Positions 26,720 through 39,134 of a DNA stretch of 64,000 nt are shown here, in pieces. Where the stretch lies: assembly GCA_965655095.1 (NCBI GenBank), contig OZ296651.1, forward strand, positions 84,196,001-84,260,000, written 5' to 3'. The notes beneath the pieces were generated by a model, which was given only the letters and a program-made list of their open reading frames with translations, searched no databases and was not told the origin of the DNA. Numbering within the stretch: the first letter of the stretch is position 1; each line of letters starts with the position of its first letter. The position numbers and the translations under genes are program-made. Origin of the DNA: Haplodiscus bocki. Lineage: Eukaryota.

Positions 26720-26803
26720 GGAGCATTTGAGCTAGTGGTTAATGGCGACAGCCATGTGCTCTTGGGTCGTACGACCGCCCGGGTTCGAATCCATTCTGGG
26801 CCA
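26720..26803 (+). repeat. tRNA-derived SINE head or tRNA pseudogene with long variable arm
   Basis: A-box-like TGAGCTAGTGG (26728), B-box GGTTCGAATCC (26782) and GGTCGTACGACC hairpin in the variable-arm position; acceptor and anticodon stems do not pair well. Confidence 0.55.
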
Positions 26804-29034
26804 AAGTTTTTTCCACTCGATATTTCCCTTTTTCTCAATTGTTTTTGGAGAAGCGACCCATTTTTCTAACTGGGAGAGATGTTTTCTGCGTTGGGGAATT
26901 TTTTTGCAAGTTCACTCCGAATGGTATTTTCGTGATTGAAATGACTGTTTTCGCCGAGGTTTCAAATAGGTACAAAAAGTTTACCGAAGTTTTGTATTAT
27001 TTTCGAAATTGAGCTACATTTATCGAGAGTTACAGATGCATTTTGCTACTCTTGCCCGTTTTTTGCTTTTTCCCTACCACGTCCAAAATTTTAGGGGAAC
27101 ATTAACAAACCCAATACAAAAGTTTTCAAGCGATTTTGTGAGAAATGTGGTAAAATCACTGTACAAAAATAGCTTGTTCTTCTTAACTTTTGCTGTTGTA
27201 GCCTATGATGAGTCGTCTTCTTAAATTAGTACAATACATTGAGCTTCTACGACTTTTTCCAAATGTTGAAAGTCTAAATCAAAAAATGATGTTTTTGGTG
27301 TTTTAAACTAGGCCGAAATTTTACTAGTTTCTGGATTTTCCCAAATTATGCGCAATTCTGATGTCAGTATCATCTTTTTGCACCGTGTCATGACAAATGC
27401 AACAAGAAGCTTAAATGTAGTGAAAGACATCCTGTGGAGCTTTGTGGTGCTTCCTAACTTGTCTAGATTACATTTTTTATGCTATGAAGTAGGCCAGAAT
27501 CGCTAACACCGCGTTTCAGCCGGAATTTGTTCACTTTTGCCTTCCCTATTAACCATCCTGCCGTATGGCCGATTTAAGGTGACACAAAAGGACCAGTATG
27601 GTTAAATAGGGGAAGTTTCAAATTTGTTTCTGGTTGTTTAAATAAACAAAGGTTAACTAATTGCTCGCTTCTGCGGAATTTTGTCTCAGTTAACTTCTTT
27701 TTCTGCTTTTCAGCGAGAAAAAACCTTGAGAACCATTACAAGAGGACGTATCTGTTATCCATTGAATATTAAGCATTTTTTAGGAATGATCATCGTTAGC
27801 GTTTTCTAAAATGCAAAAAACAGTTAATGTTACACTTTTTGCATGTTTTTTTTTGCCTTCCAAATCGCCTTTGTGACTGCGATTCCAGCTGAACTAAATA
27901 GAAAGGGTTCAAATGTGGAGATTTTTTTTGTTGTTTTCACTTTTTCCCTGTTGTTTTTTCTGACAATTTCATGCGGAAAGGGTGTATCTTTTGTGCTGCA
28001 GAGTCAGTCTGGAATTAACATACTTCGCGATTTTCCTCAGTTTTTTTTGCTCCCCAAAGCAGCTTTTGGGCCACAAGTGTATCAGGTAGGGTTCAAACAC
28101 AAGTACTACTGCAGCGAATTGTTCAAACATATTTACTATAGGGTGATCTACGCTCCGAGCCCTTAAGTTCTGAATAAAATCCTCAAATATTCAAAAATGT
28201 TGTGTATGGAAGCTAACGCCTTTTCGGTGTCAATTGAATTTTGCAGTTTATAGAAGAAAATTCCAAATTGGGTTTTTAGACTGCCTTGGGATTTTTTTAC
28301 TTTGGTAGAATCTCGTTTCGATCATCTCAGAAGTTTTGTGTATTGTTTTGACAGCTTTTCGTGTGGTTTATGGTTAGTGCTGTTCCAAAAACTCGAAGAC
28401 GGCTGTTGTTTCGCTAGCCTTGCAAAGCTCTGCTTCGCATGTTACATTTGCGCAAGCAAGTGTTATGTCACGAGCTTCTGTTTTTTTCACCGATCCGTTC
28501 ACAACTGGTGTTTATTCCTAGATCTTGTTCATGCCCTCTGACTTCCTTGAAAAAATTTTGTTTGTGTGCGCTTGCGCAGTTGCAATTTTGTTCTTGTGGC
28601 GTAATTGCCAGCATGCGCGCTCGTTTTAAATATAAAGCGAATTAACTTCTATAGCTGTTGGTACTTTTTATTTTGCTATAGAAATAAATATTTGAGAATT
28701 GATGCGTTAATATTTTCTGTTTAATTGGTTAGTCAGTAGATTTCTTAGAACCGTAGGCCCCTTCAAAAGTGAGCTATATTTCTTCGATTGATTCACTAGT
28801 ATTCCGTTGGCGCAAGTGCTGCGAAGCACAGCTTCAACTCTGTGTAAGAAAGTAGATCAGTACGGTATTCCATCCTCTGGTTGGAGAGTCCACCTTATTG
28901 GAATTAATTCTTGAGTACCCTCCTTCTACAATATGTTTTTCGGAGCACGTCGCAGTAACAGTGGTAGTCTTTGAGGCTTCGGTGTAATTATTTTGTCCCT
29001 TTGACCAGGCAGTACCGAACCAGAATGTTCCTGC

Positions 29035-30861
29035 AAGGGCTGTTAAGTTGTTAGTTAAAAAATATTTTTATCAGTTAAAAACAGTTGAAATGGAAAAACA
29101 TGTAAATTATGTTAAAAATGTTTAAAAAAATAACATCAAAAATAATGGTTTTTACAAAGGAATTCCATCAATTTTTGTTCATTTGGCGGTACATAAACGC
29201 CAATTTACTGGCCTTCTCGACGCCCATCGATGTCCGCAGCTTTCCGTAAGTGGTTCCCAGCGTAGAAAAACAGCGTTTCAAGCCTCCTGAAAAGAAAGGG
29301 GCAGACACCAACGAAATTGCAACTTTTGCAAGATTTTGATCGAAGCCCATTTTGACTCCGGATTTCCACCACGAGACAGGATCCGCATCTTTGAAAGTCC
29401 CTTCGAAGTAAGCTGCATTGTAGGGAGGGCCTTGATGTAATTGAGAGCATTTGACACATCCTCTGTATCAAAACTGTTGCCAGTAAAACGATGATCAAGA
29501 TTTGTGGCAAAGATGACAGGGTTTTCCTTAACAGTTCTTTCAAATCTCTTGCAGGTAATTTCAGCAAACTGCTCCGGTGTTTTATTCCTCAGATTGTACC
29601 AAATCTAATAACACTCTCCAATGAAACATGTACCGCTTTGCACTTCATCTAGCGCTTTGCCCAGAGGTTTGAAAATTTCTAATAGGTCAGCAGCAGTCCG
29701 TTTCAATTGAAGATCCTCCATAGTGTGATATATCGGATCGCTAGGCCCCGTTATTGTATTCACAACAACCACCAAATTCGACCAGTTTCCGACGAAAAAC
29801 TGTAGCGTGTCAGACAGTTCCAACGAGTCTCTGTTGGCAGAGGAGGACGTGGTACGTTGTTTTGGCGGTGAATGGCACTTTCAGCATGATGTAATCGCAA
29901 GTGTTTCATAACATGAAGAATTCGGTCAATAGGATTCTTGAGCTTAGCACTAAATTCTTTAGCAAGCAGATTCATGTGATGCGCTTGGCAGCCATGCAAA
30001 TGCATCAGTTCGGATGGGTTCTTCACTAAGCGTCGGAAACCAGCCATGTTGCTGGCGTTGTCGGTTACAATGCAAGATACTGTGACTCCCCACTCTGCTT
30101 CAATTTTGATAAGCTCCTCTTTAAAAATCTCGACAAGATAATCGGTTGTGTGGGGGTGGCCGCTTGTATCCAAAGTATCAAACAGAAAGGTTTGTCCCAA
30201 AACGCTGATTGCAACTCCCAGCACATGTTCCATGACCTTTGTCGACCAACCGTCAATCATCATTGTGCAAACTTGGTCTTTTACAAACAATTTTCTCAAC
30301 CTTCAACTTCTCAGTAAAAACCTTGTCAAGTAGCGGACCCGCTAGCGTTTGTCGGCTGGGAATTTTAGTTCCTGGGCGCAAAATATCAACAAGGCGCCGA
30401 AAATTTGCATTTTCAACAATAACGAAAGGGCTGTTGGTCCCAACAACAAGCTTGGTTATAGCTGCATCAATTTCTTGCTGCTTAGTGTGCCCAGTGCTTG
30501 AAACCTGCAAGGTTGACTGAATAAGGCGAGGTTGCTTCGCTGCCGAAGCCCCTTCTGAGGCGCTACAGTCACCAGTTTTCGTAGAGCAAGCATGAAAATG
30601 GCTTTTCATCCTTTCAGCATTGTTGACCATTTCGTGGTTGCAGTTCTTACACCTTACCCTGGCAACACCGTCAGCTTTGATGGCATCAAAACGAATCCAT
30701 ATGTCACTTTTTCCACGACCCATGTCATCTGAAAAACTTTAGTTTTTGACTAAAACACATGGAAGTTTTAACATTTTGATAACTTTGTTAAAAAAACTGG
30801 TGTTAAAAACAGTTAAAAAAAAGGATTGTTAATTAACTGTTTTTTAAACATAACAGCACTG
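29035..30861 (-). mobile_element. hAT-superfamily DNA transposon, full length (1827 bp), inactive
   Basis: Perfect 8-bp TSD GTTCCTGC at 29027-29034 and 30862-30869; imperfect 15-bp TIRs AAGGGCTGTTAAGTT and CAGTGCTGTTATGTT; GTTAA-rich subterminal repeats; internal transposase. Confidence 0.95.
29168..30723 (-). pseudogene. hAT transposase (BED zinc finger, DDE core, C-terminal dimerisation region), frameshifted
   Basis: BED finger IWIRF...CKNC...RMKSHFHAC; MMIDGWS; IVTDNASNM; CQAHHMNL (CxxH); ETRWN; SGGLKRCFS...KLRTSMGVEKASKL. Split over at least four frames. Confidence 0.92.
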
Positions 30862-32019
30862 GTTCCTGCGTCCTCAACGATTGCCGTTCTGCAGAGTTGT
30901 TACACGTATATTAATCTTGGATGCATCTCCTGAACAAACTCAGAGCGTGGCCAATATATCAACCTCGGTTTCAAAATGACTTTGGTTTATAGCCGCGGAC
31001 TCATTTGCTACATGACCTGTAGAGTGTATTGGGTGCTTTTCATACGAAATTTGCTTGACTTACACTAGTTTTGGTTTTTCCCTGCCTGAAATTACGAACC
31101 CGGACCATGAATGTGGGCTAGGAACTGGAAAATAACCTGTTTTTGTACGACATTGTTTTGACCTTTCAATTTTTTTAAGCCAAAATCTGAAATATCTTGT
31201 TAGAAAAGTATATAAAAAATAGATATCTTGTTCCTTTTTCAGTTTAAAGGCAATTTCCAAAATGCTTTTTTTGCACATTCTGATTAAAAGGAAGAATGTG
31301 TGTTGGAGACCGGTTTACGCTTGGTTTTTTTATCCTGTCCAAAACTTGCATTTTTTGAGTCTAGTCATCTCGTAGAAACGGTCAAAAACGTTTTTGTTTT
31401 GGTAGTTTTTCATTTTCGCTTTGGTTACGGTGCCAACTTCTCAAACTTTAGGCAGCAAAATGGCGTAACCTGGAAAGACATGATTGACATAAAAAGTTTC
31501 TTGAGCATGAGACTCTGTGACAGGCAGTTGTTGCAATTTGACTGTTTGCAACACTCTTGATTGACAGGTGGTGTAGTATTTCTAACAGTGTGATTCACTT
31601 ATCCGTGATCTCAACTGATAAGTCAGAATGTATTGCAAAGTTCCGCTTCGTCTCCTTGTCAGAAAGATGTCAATTCGATTTATGCCATCCCTTGCGTAAT
31701 TGAAAGCTAATACTTTCACGTTCTTTTTTTTACTACCGAAGCCGCAGATATTTATATTGTAGGGACACTTGACTTTTTTCAGACATGCTATATTGGGCTT
31801 TTGTTGATTGAAAGGGGGTATCGTGAACTTATTCGGTCTTTTCTTTATTCTGCTTTACCAAAATTATGAACTCAACCGAAATTGGATCGATGAGTTTGTT
31901 GTCTTACAAAAATCATTGTAGTAGTCAGCATTCTCAGTAACGTTATATGCCGCTCAAAAACCATTTGTGGCAATAATTTGTTTATTTGTTTGAAGCCTTA
32001 AGTAAATGTTATTTTTCAG

Positions 32020-32190
32020 AGTGTAGAGGCTTTACTGGAGAAGATAGAAAATGCCACCAGTGGTTTTGACGTCGAACAAGCTGGTGCCATACTCCTGGAA
32101 AGAGTGATTGACACTCAGAAATCAGCAAATCAGATTCGAGATGAGGAAATTGCATTTCTACTTCAGGAGAGGAACGAGGCGCTTGACAAG
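32020..32190 (+). CDS. MIPOL1: Coding exon, MIPOL1-like conserved core
   Basis: SVEALLEKIENATSGFDVEQAGAILLERVIDTQKSANQIRDEEIAFLLQERNEALDK versus MIPOL1 TLQELLNRINNADTGIAIQKNGAIIVDRI...ITAEEMSALIEERDAALSK; tttttcag and gtgaga boundaries; 171 nt, phase 0/0. Confidence 0.9.
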
Positions 32191-32404
32191 GTGAGAAATG
32201 AAAATTTTGAGCCAAAGTGAAGGCGTTTAGGGTTCTCATTAATAAATTTAATTTTTCAGTTTTGAATACATAATTGAATGTGTTTATCCAATGCGCTAAC
32301 AACTGTTCTATACCAAGACCTTGAAATAATTCTGATAGAAGTTTTCTCCTGTTTGTGAATATCAGAATTATTCACAAATCTGATAAGTGTTCATTTTGTT
32401 TTAG

Positions 32405-32506
32405 TTAACTGAATTTGAGACTAATTTCTTCTCCATCGACAAGTTCGGAGGTGACAAAGACAAGGCTCCATTGGTGCAGGAAGAACGTGTCAACCGGGCT
32501 TTGAAA
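32405..32506 (+). CDS. MIPOL1: Coding exon, MIPOL1-like
   Basis: tttag and gtaggt boundaries; 102 nt; LTEFETNFFSIDKFGGDKDKAPLVQEERVNRALK ends like MIPOL1 ...QERALK. Confidence 0.82.
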
Positions 32507-32720
32507 GTAGGTCTTTGTTAAATTCGGAATACTTTTAGTTTTGGCATTTCATGTCACAAGTGCACAATCTGCATCCCAGACATATAAGCCATGTATAGCT
32601 GAACAGTATTGAATCCGGTGCCTTCAGCAACACTACATCGTCTGTATGCATGCCCTCGCTACTCTCGGGGGGTATACGTACCGTACGTTAAAAGTAACAA
32701 GTGATGCTCTTTGTTGAATA

Positions 32721-33393
32721 GCTCTGATACCAATAATGATTTCTCTTGTATTGATTGCTTCAAGTAACCTAGCGAACAGTCTCCCCCTAGCAGCAGTTAG
32801 GGGGGGGGGGGGAGATTGTTCATTGGGTCCGTCACAAGCTGTAAGGTACATTAGATGTCGTTAATGTTAGCCTAAGTTTTGCAAGGGTCTTTGAGTAATT
32901 ATCGGGGAATGAACGTTTCAGTAAATTGGCTCAACTTAGAATATGCGGCTTCTATGAGTATTCGTCTTTTGGAAAAGAAGCAAAACTGGAGGATCAGTTG
33001 TGTTGAAAAGATATTTATGTGCAACTCCACTGTTTTGGTCTGCTGTGTTTGCTATCGCATGAAATCCTTTCTGGTATATCCGCAAGCCCTGTTTCAGATA
33101 TGCTGAACCTTTAACAACGAGCGTTGTCCTCAATTTGACTTTTCGACCTCTTAGCTTTATTATGTGGTTTTCATTTCCCTACACAGCAGTGTGTCCGGTT
33201 GTTACTTGCCGAATATTTGGTTAGCTTCTCACTGTCCACGTGAAGTGGCTTGATGTTAGCGGAGACGTTTCGGGTGAGCGGACGGGGGTGGTGCGTGACT
33301 GGTTGGATGCCGTGGCGGGCCAAACGTAAACAAGGGATGCTGGAGTGACGACATGAAGGCAACATCTCAGACTTTTAGTCTGAGATTGCGACA
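32721..33393 (-). mobile_element. LTR with adjacent tRNA-iMet primer-binding site (truncated LTR retrotransposon)
   Basis: TGGTATCAGAGC on the minus strand at 32732-32721, a few nt after a CA end (32737); putative TG start at 33393. The far LTR boundary is uncertain. Confidence 0.6.
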
Positions 33394-33899
33394 GCGACAT
33401 TGTGCATTGTTTGCCGTGCTTCGGCTGTCATTTGTTGATGCACCTCAATAGAAAAGCAGCAAAAGTGAGATAACCGAGAAAAGTTTGTGTAATGACTTGG
33501 GCATTTATTTATTTACTTAGGTGATAATTATTGGGGACTAATGATGTGCTCGATTCAAGCGCAATCGGTCCACTTCGGTGCGTTTGGTCCAGTTCCTGTG
33601 TGTAAGATACATAAAGGTACTTGAGGGGAGTTTGGTTGTTTATGTACCTCCACTATTGTTCTCAGGGCATCCCATTCAGGTGATTTGATTAGTCATCATC
33701 GTCAGTGCTTACCTACAGCAAGGGGACTTCACCACGTGCTGGATTTCGGTTTCCCTACTCGTTGATCACTTGAGTATAAATGAAGAAGAATTTGTCCACA
33801 CTTGTAAATTGTTTGTCACAACTTTCTGCTTTGTTTAGTTGCCCATTGTTGAAAGTGCATCTTCCGTTTAAGAGGTTTATTGACTTCTGATGGTAAATA

Positions 33900-34330
33900 A
33901 GCATCAAACTTATTTTTGGTGTCTTCCCACGAGTCCAAAAGACCATGAGTCTGAAATTGATTTTTAATTCCCGTTGCTCCGAAAATCAAAAACTTGAATT
34001 TTCAATTCCAGTTGCGAGCTCTAGGTTTGCATCTCTGAGCAAAGCGATGGCACACACAAAACCGCACAGCATAAAAAGACGCTGTTTTGAGGTGTCAAAT
34101 GCACTGGTTTCAATAATGACCAGCAACAAAGCTTTCGGACTCATGGGAATTAAAATTCATTTTCCCGTGAATAGCAATCTAATTTGTTCGGGTCAAAATG
34201 GACCAAAGAAGAATACTGTTGTTCAATTGACTCGAATAAGACCACGTATGAGTGCAGAATTTCATTGATTTAAATTCGTGCTGAATAATGACTTGGTGTT
34301 CATTATGTCTTGACTTCGTGTTCAATTTTG
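33900..34330 (-). pseudogene. Possible Ulp1-like cysteine protease remnant of transposon origin
   Basis: Minus strand QIRLLFTG...SKQRLFMLCGFVCAIALL resembles the IQILH.G..HW and QQ.N..DCGLFAIA motifs; very decayed. Confidence 0.3.
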
Positions 34331-37300
34331 GTGCGATATTTTTAGTCGGTGCATCTTTTTCACTGCGTAGTTGACGAACTAACTAACTGTTCAGATTTCA
34401 AATTCAAATTTCGATCCATTTTCAAAATTAAAAGCCACAAAAATGGGAAGTAGATGCCCCTACGCTTTGTGATTTCGAAGAAATTGTGTACGTCCAATAC
34501 TTTTGGTGTGAAAGATACCTAGATTTTTTTTCCAAAATGCATATACCAAAAATTTTATACGCAACAGTAGGTGGTGGTAAAGAGTCCTTTGGAAAATTTG
34601 CGTTGTGACACCCAGAGAGAAACGTGGTGTCAAAAACGGAGTCACCCATGTGTATTTTGAGCCGGGTGCCGCCGATTTGAATCGTTAACGACTTATTGCT
34701 CGGAAATATGAAGGTTTGAAATTGATGCTCCTTAAGCAATCATGTGGAGGTTTCTCCACTTTAATTTTTTTTTTACTTTGGCCGGGAGGTTTTTCAATGG
34801 TTATGTCCAACACGATATGAACCATTTCAAGAAATTTTCTGGCTAGTTCGACTGATAGAAACTCAGAGGCAAGTTTCAAAGGTGTGCTAACACCTTAGCA
34901 ATGATTTGCTGTTAGTCTGACAATAGATATAAAAGCAGCCTTTGATTGTTGCCCTATAATGAGCACATCAAAAGTAAGCTAATGGTTGTACTTGTGACCA
35001 GTTGCTGTTCAACTCACGTGGTGATGTATGTCCACGGCAACAAATAAATTGATCATCAGTTTAGAGTTCATTTTCATTTATCCTTGTTTTGCTTTTAAAC
35101 ATAGCACTCATGTCCTACAAGAAGTTTTATGAAATTTAAAGAAGTTAACGCGAGCTGGTATCATTTTCATTTAGTTGAATTTCTGAAAACATGTTGAAAA
35201 CTTCCACCTTGCAGAGAATCCCATCTACTTGGAGCTTTTTTCTTCCTTTTAAACGAGCGGTTTTGATTTAAAGAGCGTTTCTATGTCTGTTTCCTCGAAA
35301 TGAGCTCCATGAGATGGCAAATTACTTTACGAAAACAGCTCATAATTGATATGGTGAACAGAAATGGCGTGGAGTGAAGGCTTGGATTACATGGATCATC
35401 GTTACGTTGATGGCTTCCCTAGACTAACGGTAGTGTTAGGAGGAAACTTTCGAGATGATGTTCCGTTTATTCGCAGTTTCGGATCTGATCATCAAATGTC
35501 TATGACAAGTAATTTGGAGGCGAATGTTGAAGTCTTTGTGATGCGTTTATTTCTGCAATCTCGTCTTTCGACCAGCTTTGAGGATAAATTTTTGAGATAG
35601 AACGGCCTAAAATAAAGCTCAGTCATCTGCTGAAAAATGCATTTGATAAACAGAAATACCAAAACAGATGCAGTAGTTCAACAAACCGGTAACAGCTCAA
35701 GTCGGTGGCGCCCGTAATACTCAAAATTTAGAACAATTTTGATGTTTCCAAAAGTTTTTTCTCAAGAATAAAGTTCTCAAGAAAGTTAACTAAAGGGCTA
35801 TCACAATTTTTCGTCGAAAATTCTTGCCCACATTGTCGACAAGATCGCAGGGGGCATCCTTAGGTGTTGTGAAACATTTCGTCGTTGTGAAACCAAAGGG
35901 CCTCCTTTGTAAGTGGAAGAAAGGTAGAAAAAGGATTGTCAGCGCAGGCGTCTGACAAAAGCCATGCAAATATTAGTATGCCATGCCCCATGTATCGCTT
36001 ATCGCGAACATTTTTGAATTTTAAAAAAAAACTTATATCTGTTTAATATCATATATTGGATAGTTATTTTTGAATAACATAGTTGTCGATCAAAATCAAA
36101 TATACTAAAAGCGCGGACTAAAAGCGCGTGGACCAGAACTGAAGAACTATCTAACCCCGTTTCATTCTCTTCAAATCTTCAACACTTACTTCGTTGATTT
36201 GCTTGAATTTGTCTGTCTAGGTGTCGCAAATGAGCTCCCTGGGAATTACCGCAAAAAAAGCAAAGGTATTGCTTGGTTTCATATGGAATCTCGAAAATTA
36301 GTTTTGCTGATGAATGCTCTGTTGGCGAATCACAAATGCGCTGAGTAACTTCATTTTTAACGACAAGTAGTTGCTGTAGTCTATCGATTTGTGTGACAAC
36401 ATGGTAATATATAAGTAAAGAGGTTAATGCTAGTTTGACCTTGTGGAAATGGTGCTTGTCGAATTGAAATGTAATTGTGAAGTTTGTGTTTTGTTTAAAC
36501 TGGAGAAATGGCGGATAATTGGGCTGTTTGTATACATGTTTGTTTTCCAAAGTGCATATTTAATGCTATCAAATAAGTGCTTAGGTGGAGTTGATTTTGT
36601 TTTATGCTAAAAGTATGATCGATGTATTCATTTGTATGTTTTGGGCTCTTAGGTGTTTGTGTTGGACTTTTAAAAGAGTTGCTATGCAAATTTGAGCTGA
36701 ACTAGAGACCTATTTATTTAACTGTTGAATTTTGCATGATTTTTGTGTTCACAGCAAATTTATTTTCACCATCATTTTCCTAATAAATCCGCTGCTCCAT
36801 TATAATTTGGTGCGAATAAATCCACAACGCGTGTGCATCCCATCTCAACGCTTCTATCTAGAATCCGCCGCTTCTATCACAATCTTGCTTTTTTTCTTCC
36901 TTTTTTCTCATTTTCGCGCTCTCTCTCCCATGTGAGCGTCTCACATGATGTGATATGTGGCACTTTTCGATATTAATTCAATATTTGCACAAGCTTTAAA
37001 AATTATTGAAATCAGTGTCTGCTGTTTACTTTACAAACAGTTCCTTCTGGCTTCTAATTTCCTCTGCTGCGACTGATATTCTCGCCAGCTGTTTGATTAA
37101 AATATTATCAATCACTTTTTTGGCCACCAACCGACATTATCGACAGCCAACTCGGCGACAAAAACGACAACAGCTACATGCCACTATTCGACTGCGACTC
37201 CCAAAATAACAAGTAAAAACCCACTTTGGATCGCACGCAGCATTCGAGCCATTGCTTGCCTGGGAAAGTGCGAAAAACGGAGGGATGGAAAAGATTGAAA

Positions 37301-38014
37301 TTGTACCGATTTACTCGAACGTACCGAAAATGTTATAGGAGCGTTGAAAAATCTTGTGTGACGTAAAGCGTTTTTCATGAGATTAATTACTTCTTTGACC
37401 TACCTGCTAGAGAAGTAGCAGGCTGAGCCAACAAACCCCCTCTTTCTCATCTACTCCTCCGAAGCCTCTCAACCTCTGCCTTGCGTGACCCGCTCTATTC
37501 GCCTTAACTCTCCGTATACACAGTCTTTCATAGCTAACATTAACAAAATTCTTTCTGTCGTTAACTTTACCAACTAGTATAATCTAATTCAATTTACAAA
37601 TGTTTGTTGTAACTTAAATTGTTCTCACGCTTGTAAAAACTGTGGACCCCCTGAATTAATTAGCACTAAGTTGAGGAAGGAAATCCGCCTTGACCAGTAA
37701 TCCCACTTTCCACAAAATCCGAGAGGCGTTCCATCATTTCCCGTTCATTGAAAGTTATTTAAGTGATTGATATTTTGCTGAGTGAACTGCTGGGCGTGAA
37801 GCTTGAAAGGATTAATGCAAGGAATTATAATTATCACTAATCGTTGCAAATTGAGCGGATAAATTGAAAATTCATCCTGAATTTTAGCGCAAAGTTCGAT
37901 GAAAGGTAGGCAAAATTACTTCAATTCGATCTCTTATTCTTTTATTCTTTCCTTTTAAAAATGGGACCGCTGGTTTCAATATTTTCAATTTAAATATTGA
38001 GTACGATAAATTTA

Positions 38015-38275
38015 ACACGACATCCTGCTACTACCAGCGGGATATTTCTCGCCTTCCAACTTTGTGAAAATGCATTGTTTAAAAAATAGGCATTTTAGAG
38101 CAAGTGTGGCTGTGAACATTTTCCTGAACATTTTCCAAAGGCAAAATCGTACAGTTTTGACAAAATCGTGAAATTGGCAAATTTACTCAAAAACGGAGCC
38201 GAATGATTTTTCTTATATTGTTAACATTGAAGTCAAAAGGTATAAAGCGACCTTTATATCCTTTATATAATCTAA
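38015..38275. repeat. Short non-autonomous element, related to 39135-39460
   Basis: Shares GGGATATTT..C.CC/GC..ACTTTGT and a doubled AATCGT..A.TTT.C.A.AATCGTG.AATT.GCAA block with the 39.2-kb copy. Confidence 0.5.
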
Positions 38276-39134
38276 AATGTAAAATCATTTTTCGTATTTT
38301 TCATGTATTTGTTGCTCGAGCATGCTAACCTGCTACATTTTTGTGTCAAAAAAACTAGTGTTGCTTTGGCTTGAGTGTATGTGTATGTGTGTAGCTGCTC
38401 GGTGGGTCTGCTGCCCGTGAAGCCAAGCCCTGCCCTCTCAGTTGGGCCGAGTGCTGTGTGTACTGACTTGCTTGAATGATGGACCAACTTCTGTAGGACA
38501 ATTGTAGCCTCCTGTCGCGGTACTGCGTGCATGTGTGTGGAAAATGAATAATTCATTGTGGCCATGTATCGATTATTGAGGGATTTAAATGAATTTTTGA
38601 GAATTGTTGATTATTTGTTGAAGTTTCAATCGATTTTTATCTGGATGCCCGGGGCGTTTCCAGCGCTAACAGTTAATGTTTGAGGGGAAAGTGTGAAAAT
38701 CGCGACAGATAATTGAGACACACCTGTGAAATTTTTGATAACTTTTTCGCTCCTGGTGTTTTTCAATTTTTTCACATTCAAGCGCGCATTTTTGAACATG
38801 GCACTTGAGTCGCAGTCGTCTAAGTTGACCACCGAGCTATCCCGCCGGGCACACACGGGCACAGGCCAGCACTCAAAGACTCGATTGTTCCACTATCAAT
38901 ACTTCTCTACTCTCTTCTGCAACTACACAACTGACTAATTATCTGCCCATCTATCTATCTAACTACCTACCTATCCAGCTATTTTTCTGCTCCTTTCATT
39001 CATCCTTTTTGATCTTTCTTTCATTCACACTTTGCTCAGTCATCCAAGTATCCCATCCATCTCAACTCTCCTCACTTAATGTCTCATCGCTCGAAATATA
39101 CATCTCTTGCTCATTACTCCTTCACTAAAAAAAA

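Larger units (their letters stand above)
27900..31050 (-). repeat. Longest copy of the unclassified coding-derived family, interrupted by the hAT element
   Basis: Removing 29035-30861 plus one TSD restores QLCRTAIVEDAGTFWFGTAWSKGQNNYTEASKTTTVTATCSEKH...; downstream part is colinear with 23900-24860. Confidence 0.7.

Noticed and set aside
26720-26803. Functional tRNA gene
   Set aside because: A and B boxes are present but acceptor and anticodon stems do not pair; reported as tRNA-derived only.
35364-35600. RYVDG resembling an RT YVDD motif
   Set aside because: Second Asp is absent and there are no flanking RT motifs.
36720-37715. Possible solo LTR
   Set aside because: LTR-like composition, but no PBS/PPT, TSD or second copy could be established.
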